NCBI GenBank assembly: GCA_963781605.1
Contig: CAWAGO010000007.1
Coordinates: forward strand, 70,597 to 134,596
Length of the DNA: 64,000 nucleotides
Direction: 5' to 3'
DNA from: an uncultured Actinomycetota bacterium
Lineage (GTDB): Bacteria > Actinomycetota > Actinomycetes > Propionibacteriales > Nocardioidaceae
Under the pieces are notes generated by a model. It was not told where the DNA came from and ran no database searches. It saw only the letters and a program-made list of their open reading frames with translations. Below are positions 30,498-40,787 of this stretch, piece by piece (the stretch's first letter is position 1; each line of letters starts with the position of its first letter). Position numbers and translations under genes: made by a program.

Positions 30498-31804
30498 GAG
30501 TCGAACCGCACCCGCACCGCCGCCGCATGGGCGGGAAGGTCCTCGGCCTCGGCCAGGGCGATCACGTGGTCGGCAACCTGCGCGAGCGCGTCACGGTCGT
30601 AGTCGACGACGTGCACCGACTTGGTGAACGCGCGCACGGACAGCCCCGATGAGTGGCAGGCGCAGCCGCCCGTGGGAAGCACGTGATTGGACCCGGCACA
30701 GTAGTCGCCCAAAGAAACCGGGGCGTGCCGACCGACGAAGATCGCCCCTGCGTTGCGCACCCGTCCGGCCCGCTCGGCGGCGTCGACGGTCTGGATCTCC
30801 AGGTGCTCGGCTGCGTACGCGTCGACGACCTCGAGGCCCTGCTCCAGATCGTCGATCAGGACGATCGCGGACTGCTCGCCGGAAAGGGCCGTGCGCACTC
30901 GATCGACGTGCCGGGTGAGCGAGACCTGCTTGTCGAGTTCCGCCTCCACGTCGTCGGCCAGAGTCAGCGAGGTGGTGACCAACACCGCTGCCGCCAAGGG
31001 GTCGTGCTCGGCCTGGCTGATCAGATCCGCCGCCACGCAGGCGGGGTCGGCGGTCTCGTCGGCCAACACCAGGATCTCCGTCGGGCCCGCCTCGGAGTCG
31101 ATGCCCACCGCGCCCTTGAGCAGCCTCTTGGCCGCGACGACATAGATGTTGCCCGGCCCTGTGATCAGGTCGACAGGGCGGCAGGGACCGGCGCCATAGG
31201 CGAACATGGCGATCGCCTGGGCCCCTCCGACGGCGTAGACCTCGTCGATCCCGAGCAAGGCGCAGGCGGCGAGGATGGTGGGGTGCGGGAGTCCGTCGTG
31301 CTCCGCCTGGGGCGAGGAGGTCAGGGCGATCGACTCGACTCCGGCCACCTGCGCCGGAACGACGTTCATGATCACGCTCGACACCAGGGGCGCCAGCCCC
31401 CCGGGTACATACAGCCCAACCCTGCGCATCGGCACCGCTCGCCGCGTCACCGTGGCGCCGGTCGCCAAGGGCGTGACGAGGTCCTTCTCGAGCTCGGTCG
31501 AGCAGGTGATGCGCAGCCGGGCGATGGACTCCTCCAACCCGGCCCGAACGTTCGGATCGAGCTCGGCCAACGCCGCAGTCAAACGCTCTCGCGGCACAGC
31601 GATCTCGGACTGCTCCACGCCGTCGAAACGAAACGAGGCCTCGACCACGGCGGCAAAGCCACGCTCGCGCACGTCATCACAGATCGGGCGCACGATCTCC
31701 AGGGCGGTGTCGACGTCAAATCCGGCTCGGGGGACCGCCGACCGGTAGTCGATAGGCGCATCAGCGGCCTCGCTAGCGCCACGCAGGTCGATTCGCCGGA
31801 TCAT
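30494..31804 (-). CDS. hisD: Histidinol dehydrogenase
   Basis: [51 protein letters not shown]; TAGAAT -10 element 7 nt before the ATG. Confidence 0.98.
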   Translation of the reverse strand: MIRRIDLRGASEAADAPIDYRSAVPRAGFDVDTALEIVRPICDDVRERGFAAVVEASFRFDGVEQSEIAVPRERLTAALAELDPNVRAGLEESIARLRITCSTELEKDLVTPLATGATVTRRAVPMRRVGLYVPGGLAPLVSSVIMNVVPAQVAGVESIALTSSPQAEHDGLPHPTILAACALLGIDEVYAVGGAQAIAMFAYGAGPCRPVDLITGPGNIYVVAAKRLLKGAVGIDSEAGPTEILVLADETADPACVAADLISQAEHDPLAAAVLVTTSLTLADDVEAELDKQVSLTRHVDRVRTALSGEQSAIVLIDDLEQGLEVVDAYAAEHLEIQTVDAAERAGRVRNAGAIFVGRHAPVSLGDYCAGSNHVLPTGGCACHSSGLSVRAFTKSVHVVDYDRDALAQVADHVIALAEAEDLPAHAAAVRVRFDS

Positions 31805-31842
31805 GGCGCCGATTCTAGTGGGGGGCGGCTAGGGTCGAGCAT

Positions 31843-32532
31843 GTGAGTGACGGCGCTGGACACTCCTCGGTCGGGCATCTGCCGATGTTCCCGCTCAACA
31901 CCGTGATCTACCCGGGGATGAGCATTCCGCTGCACGTCTTCGAGGACCGCTATCGGGCCTTGATCCATCAACTGCTTCGCGAACCCGATCCCGGCCATCG
32001 CTTGTTCGGATCGGTCGCCATCCGCGAGGGCTATGAGGTGGGTGAGCACGGGAACCAGTCGTTGTATCGCGTGGGGTGCCGACTGCAGTTGACCGACGTA
32101 GCGGGCAACCCCGACGGCAGTTTCGACGTCGTGGCCGTCGGGCGGGACCGAATCCGCCTCGACCGACTGGACACCTCGGCTGCCTACCCGTCAGGGGAAG
32201 TCACGGTGGTGCCCGATCGCGACGACCCGGTCGACGCCGAGCTCATCGACCGCGCCCGAATGACCTTCGGACGGTTCTTGGAGTTGGTGGGTCAATGGCA
32301 GGAAGAACCATTCGATGCGGGTCTCCCCACGGCCGCGGCACCCCTGTCGTGGACCTTGGCCGCACTCACCCCTCTGCCGATGCACGAACACCAGAGCCTG
32401 CTCGAGGCCGACAGCGTCGCCGAGCGGCTGGTCCTGATCACCGACTTGTTGCGCGAGGAGATTCGCTCCATCCGGGCAGTGCCGTCGTTGCCTGCCAGCG
32501 GGCTGGCCCGCACCCGCTGGTCCCCCAACTGA
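31843..32532 (+). CDS. LON peptidase N-terminal (substrate-binding) domain protein
   Basis: LPMFPLNTVIYPGMSIPLHVFEDRYR, VGC..Q, G..RIRL, QSLLEA...ERL; no protease domain. Confidence 0.9.
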   Translation: MSDGAGHSSVGHLPMFPLNTVIYPGMSIPLHVFEDRYRALIHQLLREPDPGHRLFGSVAIREGYEVGEHGNQSLYRVGCRLQLTDVAGNPDGSFDVVAVGRDRIRLDRLDTSAAYPSGEVTVVPDRDDPVDAELIDRARMTFGRFLELVGQWQEEPFDAGLPTAAAPLSWTLAALTPLPMHEHQSLLEADSVAERLVLITDLLREEIRSIRAVPSLPASGLARTRWSPN

Positions 32533-33002
32533 TGGCCGGCACCCCGGCGACACGCCTGCTCGCCGCTATGGGCGTCGACTTCACCGTGCATGCCTACGAG
32601 CACGACCCACGGGCAGACTCCTACGGGCTGGAAGCGGCGACCAAGCTCGGCGTCGACCCGGCCCGGGTCTTCAAGACTCTGGTGGTGAGCGGCGGCGGCG
32701 GGCTGGGGGTGGGTGTGGTGCCCGTCGATTGCCAACTCGACCTCAAGGCGGTGGCCCGGGTGCTGGGCTGGCGTCGCGCCACGATGGCCGACCCGCGGGT
32801 CGCTGCCCGCAGCAGCGGGTACGTGGTCGGCGGGATCGCTCCGCTGGCCCACAGGCGACCGCTCCCCACCGTGATCGACGACTCCGCGGAGCGTTGGGAG
32901 ACCGTCTTCGTTTCCGCAGGCCAGCGAGGCCTCGACGTGGAACTCGCTCCCCAGCATCTGGCCGAGGCCGCTGGGGCGTCGTTCGCCCCCATCGGCCGTT
33001 GA
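32532..33002 (+). CDS. ybaK: YbaK Cys-tRNA(Pro) deacylase
   Basis: MAGTPAT, VFKTLV, GYVVGGIAP, VSAGQRGLD; TGATG overlap with the upstream stop. Confidence 0.9.
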   Translation: MAGTPATRLLAAMGVDFTVHAYEHDPRADSYGLEAATKLGVDPARVFKTLVVSGGGGLGVGVVPVDCQLDLKAVARVLGWRRATMADPRVAARSSGYVVGGIAPLAHRRPLPTVIDDSAERWETVFVSAGQRGLDVELAPQHLAEAAGASFAPIGR

Positions 33003-33005
33003 CGA

Positions 33006-34571
33006 TCAGTCGGTGCTGACCCGCATCTGATAGCGGATCAGGTCGCCATCGATCCACGACGAACCGCCCACTGCCGCAAGTGGCTCGACGTTCTCCAACT
33101 CACTGCTGCCGGCACCGAAGTCGCTGGCCCATGAGCCGACTGCGTTGAGGTCGACGTAGAAGATGGAGGCTGCCGAGTCCACCTCGGGGACGGCGTCGGT
33201 GAACTGCTTGCTGTCTCCCAGGGATCCGCCGGCGACGAGGGTGCTCCGATAGTCGCTGTTCGGACCGATCGCCACGAGGTCTCCCTCGGTGTCGCTGTCC
33301 AGGATCTGGCCCAGCCCCCCGGCGCCCGGGACGCCACGCAGCTGGTCGAGCACCGATTGGATCCCCGCAGCGTCACCTTTGACGAGCAGTCCGGCCGGGA
33401 TCCCCGAGGGGTCAGAGGAGTTGGCGAGCGCTTCGGCGTCCAAGTCGGAGCTGACCACGAGGGCGGTCGCCTCTCCGAGCAACGTCTCCAGATCGTCAGG
33501 GAACGTGAGCCCGAACTCGCTCTCCATCTCAGCTACTCCCCGGTCGACGGTGTCCTGTCCCAGACTCGTCGCCAATTGGTCGAGCACCTGCTGACCCCAG
33601 CCCGGCTTCATCGACCAACTGAGCACCGCCGCCGTGTCGGCGGGTAGGCCCGCCGCCAGCGTTCCGGCCTGGGTGCCGACCACGTCGGCGATGGTGTCGT
33701 TCGGGAGAGTCGCGGCCAGCGACATCTCCGCGCCGGCATCGGCGAACCGCACGGTGAAGGCTGCGCCCGGGAGGGACTCGAGTTGCTCGAACTGGGTACG
33801 CATCTCGTCGGTCAGGTTTCCGGACAGCTCAGGCTGATCGGCCATGGTCGAGAGGCTCTCGCCCAACGACGGCGACACATAGCCGGAGACGAACCCACGA
33901 TCTCCGGCGGCGTCGAGAAGCCGGGTGTGGTCGGCACTGTTGGCGAGCGAACCCGCAGCGCTCGCCACCGCCTCGGCGTGGTCGAGTGTGTCGCTGACCA
34001 GGAGCCAGCCGTCCTTGGCGACGGCGCCGACATCGGAGCATCCGTTCAGGGCAGCGGTCGCGGCGTCCTCATCTCCCGTCTCCAGGACGACAACGGCGAC
34101 CGGCTCGTCCGCGGCGACGTCGACGGCGGCGACCGCCACGCTCGAGCCGAGCCACGGCTCGATGTCGGCGGCGTAGTCGAGGTCGCAGCCGAGTTCACTG
34201 GAGAGTTCATCGAAAAGGCTTTTGCGAAGGTCGTCCTCGAGGGCGACATCGAGCTCGTCGGTGAAGGCCGGGAACTTGCGCAGCATGCGAAGCGCTTCGA
34301 TCTTCTGCGCGCCACTCGGGTCGAGGTCGACGCTCACATAGGCCAAGGTGGTCGCGGGCAACGCCTCACTCGGTTGCGCGCCGGCGGCGAAGAACGACAC
34401 CGCGGCCCATGCTGCGGCACCCCCCACGGCCAGCACTCCCGCCCCGACACCTGCCGCGATAGCGGTGGTGGCACGGCGCCCGGGACCTCGGCCACGCGAG
34501 GTCACAGAAGCGCTGGAGTCGAGATAGTCAGGGCCGAACGGCTGCTCGCCGGGCGGGAAAGATGTGGACAC
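33006..34571 (-). CDS. DUF3352-like membrane-anchored exported protein
   Basis: N-terminal TM anchor, then ALPATTLAYVSVDLDP..AQKIEA and a long acidic extracellular region. Confidence 0.7.
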   Translation of the reverse strand: MSTSFPPGEQPFGPDYLDSSASVTSRGRGPGRRATTAIAAGVGAGVLAVGGAAAWAAVSFFAAGAQPSEALPATTLAYVSVDLDPSGAQKIEALRMLRKFPAFTDELDVALEDDLRKSLFDELSSELGCDLDYAADIEPWLGSSVAVAAVDVAADEPVAVVVLETGDEDAATAALNGCSDVGAVAKDGWLLVSDTLDHAEAVASAAGSLANSADHTRLLDAAGDRGFVSGYVSPSLGESLSTMADQPELSGNLTDEMRTQFEQLESLPGAAFTVRFADAGAEMSLAATLPNDTIADVVGTQAGTLAAGLPADTAAVLSWSMKPGWGQQVLDQLATSLGQDTVDRGVAEMESEFGLTFPDDLETLLGEATALVVSSDLDAEALANSSDPSGIPAGLLVKGDAAGIQSVLDQLRGVPGAGGLGQILDSDTEGDLVAIGPNSDYRSTLVAGGSLGDSKQFTDAVPEVDSAASIFYVDLNAVGSWASDFGAGSSELENVEPLAAVGGSSWIDGDLIRYQMRVSTD

Positions 34572-34635
34572 CGAGCTTCTCCTCAGATGGAACGGTCACG
34601 ACCAGGTGCGCGCCGACCATCTGACCGAACCCGCC

Positions 34636-35154
34636 CTACGACTGTAACTGGCGCAGCCGCGTGCCGGGGCGAGAACTGACAACCCGACGCCCACTCAAAT
34701 AGATCACGACCACGCCGGCCAGTGCGCCCATCGGCGCCGCGAGGTAGGGGCTGAGGCCGACCACCTGCAGGTCGCTGGGGATGGGCGTGAAGTCGCTCTC
34801 CCCCTTGGCCAAGGGTCGCGGATCGGGCGGACCCAACCATCCGCCGACCGCGGCGGTGATCGCGCCGGCCAGCAGCGCGCCGACGACGACCCCGCCCAAC
34901 ACCCACAGTTCGTTGCCGCGCACCAGCGCCGCGCACAGGATGCCCAGAACGAGGCCGGTCACAGCCGTGATGATCACGAAAAGACCGGTGCCCGAGAATT
35001 CGTTCCCGGCGCCGTCGCTGTCGAGGAACCACTCGCCGTTGACGGCGGCTCCGGTGGGCGGAGTCCACCACCACTCCCAGAGGACACCGCCGATGACGCC
35101 CCCCACCGCGAACAGGGCCAGGATGAGGAGCAGTCGCGCCACCAGGCCCCTCAT
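34636..35154 (-). CDS. Hypothetical membrane protein (about 4 TM), coupled to dnaE
   Basis: ATG overlaps the dnaE stop (ATGA); hydrophobic helices, WWWTPP and WLGPPDP motifs. Confidence 0.75.
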   Translation of the reverse strand: MRGLVARLLLILALFAVGGVIGGVLWEWWWTPPTGAAVNGEWFLDSDGAGNEFSGTGLFVIITAVTGLVLGILCAALVRGNELWVLGGVVVGALLAGAITAAVGGWLGPPDPRPLAKGESDFTPIPSDLQVVGLSPYLAAPMGALAGVVVIYLSGRRVVSSRPGTRLRQLQS

Positions 35155-38100
35155 CCGGCCAGGCACCCGGGCCCGAGCAGTTGTTTGAGGTCGGCGAACA
35201 AAGCAGGGGTCGGCGTTACTCGCAGTCGATCGTCGAGTCTCATCAGAGTCGTGCCTTGGCGAGCGAGAAGCCGCAGGTGAACCTCGGTGACCCCTGGGTG
35301 GGTCGCCAACACCTCGCGCAACTGCTCCACCACCGGAGTGGTGCAGCGCGTCGAGGGCAGGCTGATCACCACCGGTCCACCGCTGCCCTGGGTGACGTCG
35401 GGAACGGTCACTTCCTGACCGCGCAACTCGGGCTGATCCTTGTCGCGGGACAGGCTTCCGCGCACTCGGACGATGGCGTCCTCGGTGAGGTAGGGGGCGG
35501 CGAGTTGATAGCTGCTGGGGAACAACAGCACCTCGATCGCGCCGTCGAGGTCCTCCAGCGTCAACGACGCCCACGCGTCGCCGCGCTTGGTGATCTTGCG
35601 CTGTACGGACGTGATCAGGCCGCTGATCGTGACCGATGAGCCATGCGGCCGATCCTCGTCGAGCATCAGTTGGCCGATCGTGCAGTCGGTGCCCTGCGAG
35701 AGCACGTGCTCCAGGCCCATCAACGGGTGGTCGGAGACGTAGAGACCCAACATCTCCCGCTCATGGCCGAGCAGGGTCATCTTGTCCCACTCGTCGATGT
35801 CGGGGACGGTCACCGAGATACCGAACCCGCCGCTCTCGTCGCCGTCGTCGAGACCCGCGAACAACGAATCCTGGCCGATCGCTTCGTTGCGCTTGATGTC
35901 GACATACTGATCGACGGCCGCCTCGTGGACGGCGACCAGCGGGCGCCTCTTGTGCTTGAGGTCGTCGAACGCGCCGGCCTTGATCAGCGACTCGACCACC
36001 CGCTTGTTGCACACGACCGCGGGCACCTTGCTCAGGAAGTCGTTGAAGTCGGAGAAGGCGCCCTCGACGCGGCGAGCTTCGACGACCTTCTCGACGACGT
36101 TGCCGCCGACATTGCGGATCGCGGTCAGTCCGAAACGGATGTCGTTGTCGACCGGGGTGAAGGTGGCCTCGGACGAGTTGACGTCGGGCGGCAGCACTTG
36201 GATCTTCATCCGACGGCACTCGTTGAGATAGATCGCCATCTTGTCCTTGTCGTCCTTGACCGAGGTCAACAACGCCGCCATGTACTCGGCCGGATAGTTG
36301 GCCTTGAGATAGGCCGTCCAATAGGACACGAGCCCGTAGGCCGCCGAGTGTGCCTTGTTGAACGCATAGTCGGAGAAGGGCAGCAGAATGTCCCACAGCG
36401 TCTTGATCGCGGATCCGGAGAAGCCTCGTTCGGTCATGCCGGCCGAGAAGTTGGCGAACTGCTTGTCCAGCTCGGACTTCTTCTTCTTGCCCATCGCGCG
36501 ACGAAGTAGATCGGCCTGCCCGAGGGTGTAGCCGGCCAACTTCTGGGCGATCGCCATCACCTGCTCCTGATAGACGATCAGGCCGTAGGTCTCTCCGAGC
36601 ACGTCCTCCAAGGCGTCGGCCAGTTCGGGATGAATCGGCTCCACCGGCTCGCGGCCGGTCTTGCGGCGCGCGTATTTGTTGTGCGAGTCGGCTCCCATCG
36701 GCCCGGGGCGGTATAGGGCACCCACGGCCGAGATGTCCGCGAAGCAGTCGGGTCGCATCGACCGCAGCAGGGCTCGCATCGGACCGCCGTCGAGTTGGAA
36801 GACGCCGAGCGTCTCACCCCGCGCCAGCAATTGGTAGGTCGCGGGGTCATCGAGGGTCAGGTCTTCGAGCACCACCTCCTCGTTGCGGTTGAGGCGGATG
36901 TTGATCAGCGCATCGTCGAGGACGGTGAGGTTGCGCAACCCCAGGAAGTCCATCTTGATCAGGCCGAGACGCTCGCAGGTGGGGTAGTCGAACTGGGTGA
37001 TCATCGCGCCGTCTTGGGGGCGCTTCATGAGTGGGATCACGTCGATCAACGGCTCACTCGACATGATCACGCCGGCCGCGTGCACCCCCCACTGCCGCTT
37101 GAGGCCCTCCAGACCCATGGCGGTGTCCACGACCTGCTTGACGTCGTGGTCGGTCTCATAGAGCGAGCGGAACTCACCCCCCTCGCCGTAGCGGTCGTGC
37201 GAGGGCTCGAAGATCTGCTTCAGCGGCACGTCCTTGCCCATCACCGCCGCCGGCATCGCCTTGGTGATCCGGTCGCCCATCGCGAAGGGGTAACCCAGGA
37301 TCCGCGATGAGTCCTTCACCGCCTGCTTGGCCTTGATCGTGCCGTAGGTCACGATCATGGAGACCCGATCCTCGCCGTACTTCTCCGAGACGTAGCGGAT
37401 CACCTCACCGCGCCGGCGCTCGTCGAAGTCGATGTCGAAGTCCGGCATCGAGACGCGGTCGGGGTTGAGGAATCGCTCGAAGATCAGACCGTGCTTCAGT
37501 GGGTCGAGGTCGGTGATCCGTAGGGCGTAGGCGCACATCGATCCTGCGCCCGAACCGCGGCCCGGGCCGACCCGGATACCGTTGTCCTTGGCCCAGTTGA
37601 TGAAGTCGGCAACCACCAGGAAGTAGCCCGGGAACCCCATCTGGGTGATCACGCCGACCTCGAAGTCGGCCTGCTTGCGAACGGCGTCGGGGATGCCGTG
37701 GGGGTAGCGCATCAGCAACCCCTGCTCGACCTCCTTGACGAACCAGGAGTCCTCGTTCTCTCCCTCAGGACAGGGGAAGCGAGGCATGTAGGTGCCGTTG
37801 CCCTCGGTGAACTCCACCTGGCAACGCTCGGCGATCAGCAGGGTGTTGTCGCAGGCCTCCTTGAGGCCGAACTTGTGCTCCCACAGCTCGCGCATCTCGG
37901 CCGGGGACTTGATGTAGTAGTCGTCGCCGTTGAACCTGAACCGCTTGGGGTCGGCCATCGTCGAGCCGGAGGAGACGCACAGGAGGTGTTCGTGAGCCCC
38001 CGAGTCCTGGCGATGGACATAGTGGGAGTCATTGGTGGCGACGGGAGGAATCCCGAGATCCCGGGACAGGCGGAGCAGTCCGTCACGGACCCGGGTCTCG

Positions 38101-38693
38101 ATCGAGAGTCCGTGGTCCATCAGCTCCAGGAAGTAGTTGTCCTTGCCGAGGATGTCTTGGAAGTCAGCCGCCGACTGCCGAGCCTTGTCGTAGTCCCCGA
38201 TCCGCAGCCAGGTCTGCACCTCACCGGACGGGCAGCCGGTGGTGCCGATCAGGCCGTCGGAGTATTCGTCGAGCAATTCACGATCGGCGCGCGGATTGTA
38301 GAAGAAGCCCTCGAGCGAGGCGCGCGAGGACAATCGAAACAGGTTGTGCATGCCGGCCGTTGACTCCGCCAGCAACGTCATGTGGGTGTAGGCACCCGAG
38401 CCGGAGACATCGTCGTCGCCTCCGTCGTTCCACCGCACCCGTTTGCGCTCGCGCCGGTCGGTGTTCGGGGTGAAGTAGGCCTCCATCCCGATGATCGGCT
38501 TGATGCCGGCGGCCGTGGCCTGGGAGTAGAAGTCGTAGGCGCCGAAGACGTTGCCGTGATCGGTCATCGCGATCGCATCCATACCCAGTTCGGCGGTGCG
38601 TTCGAACATGTCGCCGAGGCGTGCGGCGCCGTCCAGCATCGAGTACTCGGTGTGAACGTGGAGGTGGACGAAGCCGTCGGACCGGGCAGTCAT
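35151..38693 (-). CDS. dnaE: DNA polymerase III alpha subunit (DnaE1)
   Basis: FVHLHVHTEYSMLDGA PHP domain, RGSGAGS, PDFDIDF, KMDFLGL, C-terminal OB fold; 1180 aa, no intein. Confidence 0.98.
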   Translation of the reverse strand: MTARSDGFVHLHVHTEYSMLDGAARLGDMFERTAELGMDAIAMTDHGNVFGAYDFYSQATAAGIKPIIGMEAYFTPNTDRRERKRVRWNDGGDDDVSGSGAYTHMTLLAESTAGMHNLFRLSSRASLEGFFYNPRADRELLDEYSDGLIGTTGCPSGEVQTWLRIGDYDKARQSAADFQDILGKDNYFLELMDHGLSIETRVRDGLLRLSRDLGIPPVATNDSHYVHRQDSGAHEHLLCVSSGSTMADPKRFRFNGDDYYIKSPAEMRELWEHKFGLKEACDNTLLIAERCQVEFTEGNGTYMPRFPCPEGENEDSWFVKEVEQGLLMRYPHGIPDAVRKQADFEVGVITQMGFPGYFLVVADFINWAKDNGIRVGPGRGSGAGSMCAYALRITDLDPLKHGLIFERFLNPDRVSMPDFDIDFDERRRGEVIRYVSEKYGEDRVSMIVTYGTIKAKQAVKDSSRILGYPFAMGDRITKAMPAAVMGKDVPLKQIFEPSHDRYGEGGEFRSLYETDHDVKQVVDTAMGLEGLKRQWGVHAAGVIMSSEPLIDVIPLMKRPQDGAMITQFDYPTCERLGLIKMDFLGLRNLTVLDDALINIRLNRNEEVVLEDLTLDDPATYQLLARGETLGVFQLDGGPMRALLRSMRPDCFADISAVGALYRPGPMGADSHNKYARRKTGREPVEPIHPELADALEDVLGETYGLIVYQEQVMAIAQKLAGYTLGQADLLRRAMGKKKKSELDKQFANFSAGMTERGFSGSAIKTLWDILLPFSDYAFNKAHSAAYGLVSYWTAYLKANYPAEYMAALLTSVKDDKDKMAIYLNECRRMKIQVLPPDVNSSEATFTPVDNDIRFGLTAIRNVGGNVVEKVVEARRVEGAFSDFNDFLSKVPAVVCNKRVVESLIKAGAFDDLKHKRRPLVAVHEAAVDQYVDIKRNEAIGQDSLFAGLDDGDESGGFGISVTVPDIDEWDKMTLLGHEREMLGLYVSDHPLMGLEHVLSQGTDCTIGQLMLDEDRPHGSSVTISGLITSVQRKITKRGDAWASLTLEDLDGAIEVLLFPSSYQLAAPYLTEDAIVRVRGSLSRDKDQPELRGQEVTVPDVTQGSGGPVVISLPSTRCTTPVVEQLREVLATHPGVTEVHLRLLARQGTTLMRLDDRLRVTPTPALFADLKQLLGPGCLAG

Positions 38694-38824
38694 CGGTTGC
38701 GCTCTGCTCCCCTGCGGGTGCTGGAAACCCTCCGCGAAGGAGGATGGTGCGGACAGGTGGACCGGGGAAGATCGCTAGCCTACGCGACCCCGCCGACGCA
38801 CTCGCGGACGCCGGGCAGCGATTC

Positions 38825-39311
38825 TCAGGTCGGGCGTCCCGTCGAACGACGAGGGGCCGGTTGCCACCGGAGCCTGAGGTCGGGCTCGCGTTCCTCGTTG
38901 CCGCTTCCGTCGCTGCGCTCGACCACGACCAGACCGTGCCGCGCGTAGAACCGGCGCGCGGGACCGTTCATCTCGAAGACCCAGAGCTCGAACCCGGCCG
39001 GGCAACGAGTCTTGATCAGATCGAGAAGCATCGAGCCCACGCCGGTTCCCGCAGCCTCGGGGGCGACGTAGAGGGCCTCCAGGAAGCAGTCGTGCAGATG
39101 AGCGAAACCCAGGAGACGCTCGTCGGGGTCGAGGGCGAGCCAGACCTCGCGAGCGCTCCAGGTCCCACGATGCGACCCACGCTCGGTCATCTTCGGCCGT
39201 GTGCACAGAAGGCGGCATCGCGGCAACTGCCCGGGTTCGGGTGAAGAGCATCGCCACAGCGTCGAGGTCCTCGATCTCGGCGAGGCGAACCGTCAGGTCA
39301 GTGGTCGGCAT
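38825..39311 (-). pseudogene. GNAT N-acetyltransferase with one +1 frameshift near 39158 (possibly a sequence error)
   Basis: [12 protein letters not shown]...WVASWDL joins (S)AREVWLA...LEALYVAPEAAGTGVGSMLL...WVFEMN..ARRFY.RHG if one base is removed. Confidence 0.8.
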
Positions 39312-40236
39312 CGCGAATGACCGCGAGCGCGTGCGCCAAGTCGTCGGGGTACGGCGAGGAGAACTCGACGAAATCCCCTGACTCGGGATGCTCGAAGCCG
39401 AGGCGGACTGCATGCAACCATTGCCGCTCCAGGCCGACTCGGCGCGACAGCACCGGATCGCCGCCGTAGGTCAGGTCGCCCACGCACGGGTGATGCAGCG
39501 CCGACATGTGCACCCGGATCTGGTGGGTTCGCCCGGTCTCGAGCTTGATCTCGAGCAGACTCGCGAAGCGGTGGGCTTCGAGCATCCGATAGTGCGTGAC
39601 GCTGGCGCGGCCCCCCGACATCACTGCGTACTTGTAGTCGTGCTTGGGGTGCCGGGCGATGGGCGCGTCGATCGTTCCTTCCCACGGGTCGGGATGACCC
39701 TGGACCAAAGCGTGGTAGGTCTTGTCGACCGTCCGGTTGCGGAATGCGTTCTTGAGCACCGAGTAGGCGTGCTCGGACTTCGCGATCACCATCGCGCCAC
39801 TCGTGCCGACATCGAGGCGCTGCACGATTCCTTGACGTTCGGGTGCGCCTCCGGTGGCGATCCGAAACCCGGCCGCGGCGAGATGCCCGACGACGGTCGG
39901 CCCGGTCCATCCCATCGAGGGGTGGACGGCCACACCCACCGGCTTGTCGATCACGACGATGGCGTCGTCGTCGTAGAGGATCGAGATCCCTTCAACCACT
40001 TCGGGAACCACGGCCAGGGGGTCGTCTCGACGCGGGATGTCGACGTCGAGCAGCGACCCTGGCACCACCCGCTCGCTCTTGGCCACGGCGTTGCCGTTCA
40101 TCGTCACGTGGCCCGCGGCCACGAGTTCGGCGGCCCGAGTGCGGGAGAAGCCGAACATCCGGGCCAGGGCCGTGTCGATCCGCTCGCCTGCCATCCCCTC
40201 GGGGACGCTCACGACGCGTGAGTCGTGCCCGCTCAC
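39298..40236 (-). CDS. RluA/RluD-family pseudouridine synthase with an S4 domain
   Basis: [10 protein letters not shown]4 domain, [23 protein letters not shown]. Confidence 0.96.
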   Translation of the reverse strand: MSGHDSRVVSVPEGMAGERIDTALARMFGFSRTRAAELVAAGHVTMNGNAVAKSERVVPGSLLDVDIPRRDDPLAVVPEVVEGISILYDDDAIVVIDKPVGVAVHPSMGWTGPTVVGHLAAAGFRIATGGAPERQGIVQRLDVGTSGAMVIAKSEHAYSVLKNAFRNRTVDKTYHALVQGHPDPWEGTIDAPIARHPKHDYKYAVMSGGRASVTHYRMLEAHRFASLLEIKLETGRTHQIRVHMSALHHPCVGDLTYGGDPVLSRRVGLERQWLHAVRLGFEHPESGDFVEFSSPYPDDLAHALAVIRDADH

Positions 40237-40787
40237 GTCTCGGACGCTGCCTCTTCGCGGGTTCCGTCGAGGCGCACGCCGCGCAACGTCTGGACGACGA
40301 TGACGCCCGCCGCGACGTTGATGCAGATGTCGGCGACGTTGAAGATCGGCCAGTTCGGAAGCTGCAGGAAGTCGATGACATGCCCGCGGAACGGGGCCGG
40401 GTCGCGAAGCAGGCGGTCGGTCAGATTGCCGGCCACGCCACCGAGCAGGATGCCGAGGCCGAATCCCCAGAAGAGGCTCTTGACTCGGCGGGCCAGCACG
40501 AGGATCACGACCACGGCGGTGATCGCGACGCAGGTCAGGAGCACGGTGAATTCGGTGCCCAGACTGAACGCGGCACCGGGGTTGCGCGTCAGATGCAGGG
40601 TGAGCAGATCGCCGATGAGAGGGACGTCGTTGTCGACCAGAGCGCGCAGCGCCCAGGATTTGGACCCTTGGTCGACGAGATAGGCCACCACCGCAGACCC
40701 GGCGAACCAGGTCAGGGCACGCCGAGCGGAGTGGGTGCCCCGGGCCGTCTGTTCGTCGCTCAGCGACGCTCCTCGCGCTGTTTGCAT
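40233..40787 (-). CDS. lspA: Lipoprotein signal peptidase
   Basis: [28 protein letters not shown]. Confidence 0.96.
   Translation of the reverse strand: MQTARGASLSDEQTARGTHSARRALTWFAGSAVVAYLVDQGSKSWALRALVDNDVPLIGDLLTLHLTRNPGAAFSLGTEFTVLLTCVAITAVVVILVLARRVKSLFWGFGLGILLGGVAGNLTDRLLRDPAPFRGHVIDFLQLPNWPIFNVADICINVAAGVIVVQTLRGVRLDGTREEAASET

Noticed and set aside
35151-38693. Possible intein in dnaE
   Set aside because: Length (1180 aa) and motif continuity match an uninterrupted DnaE1
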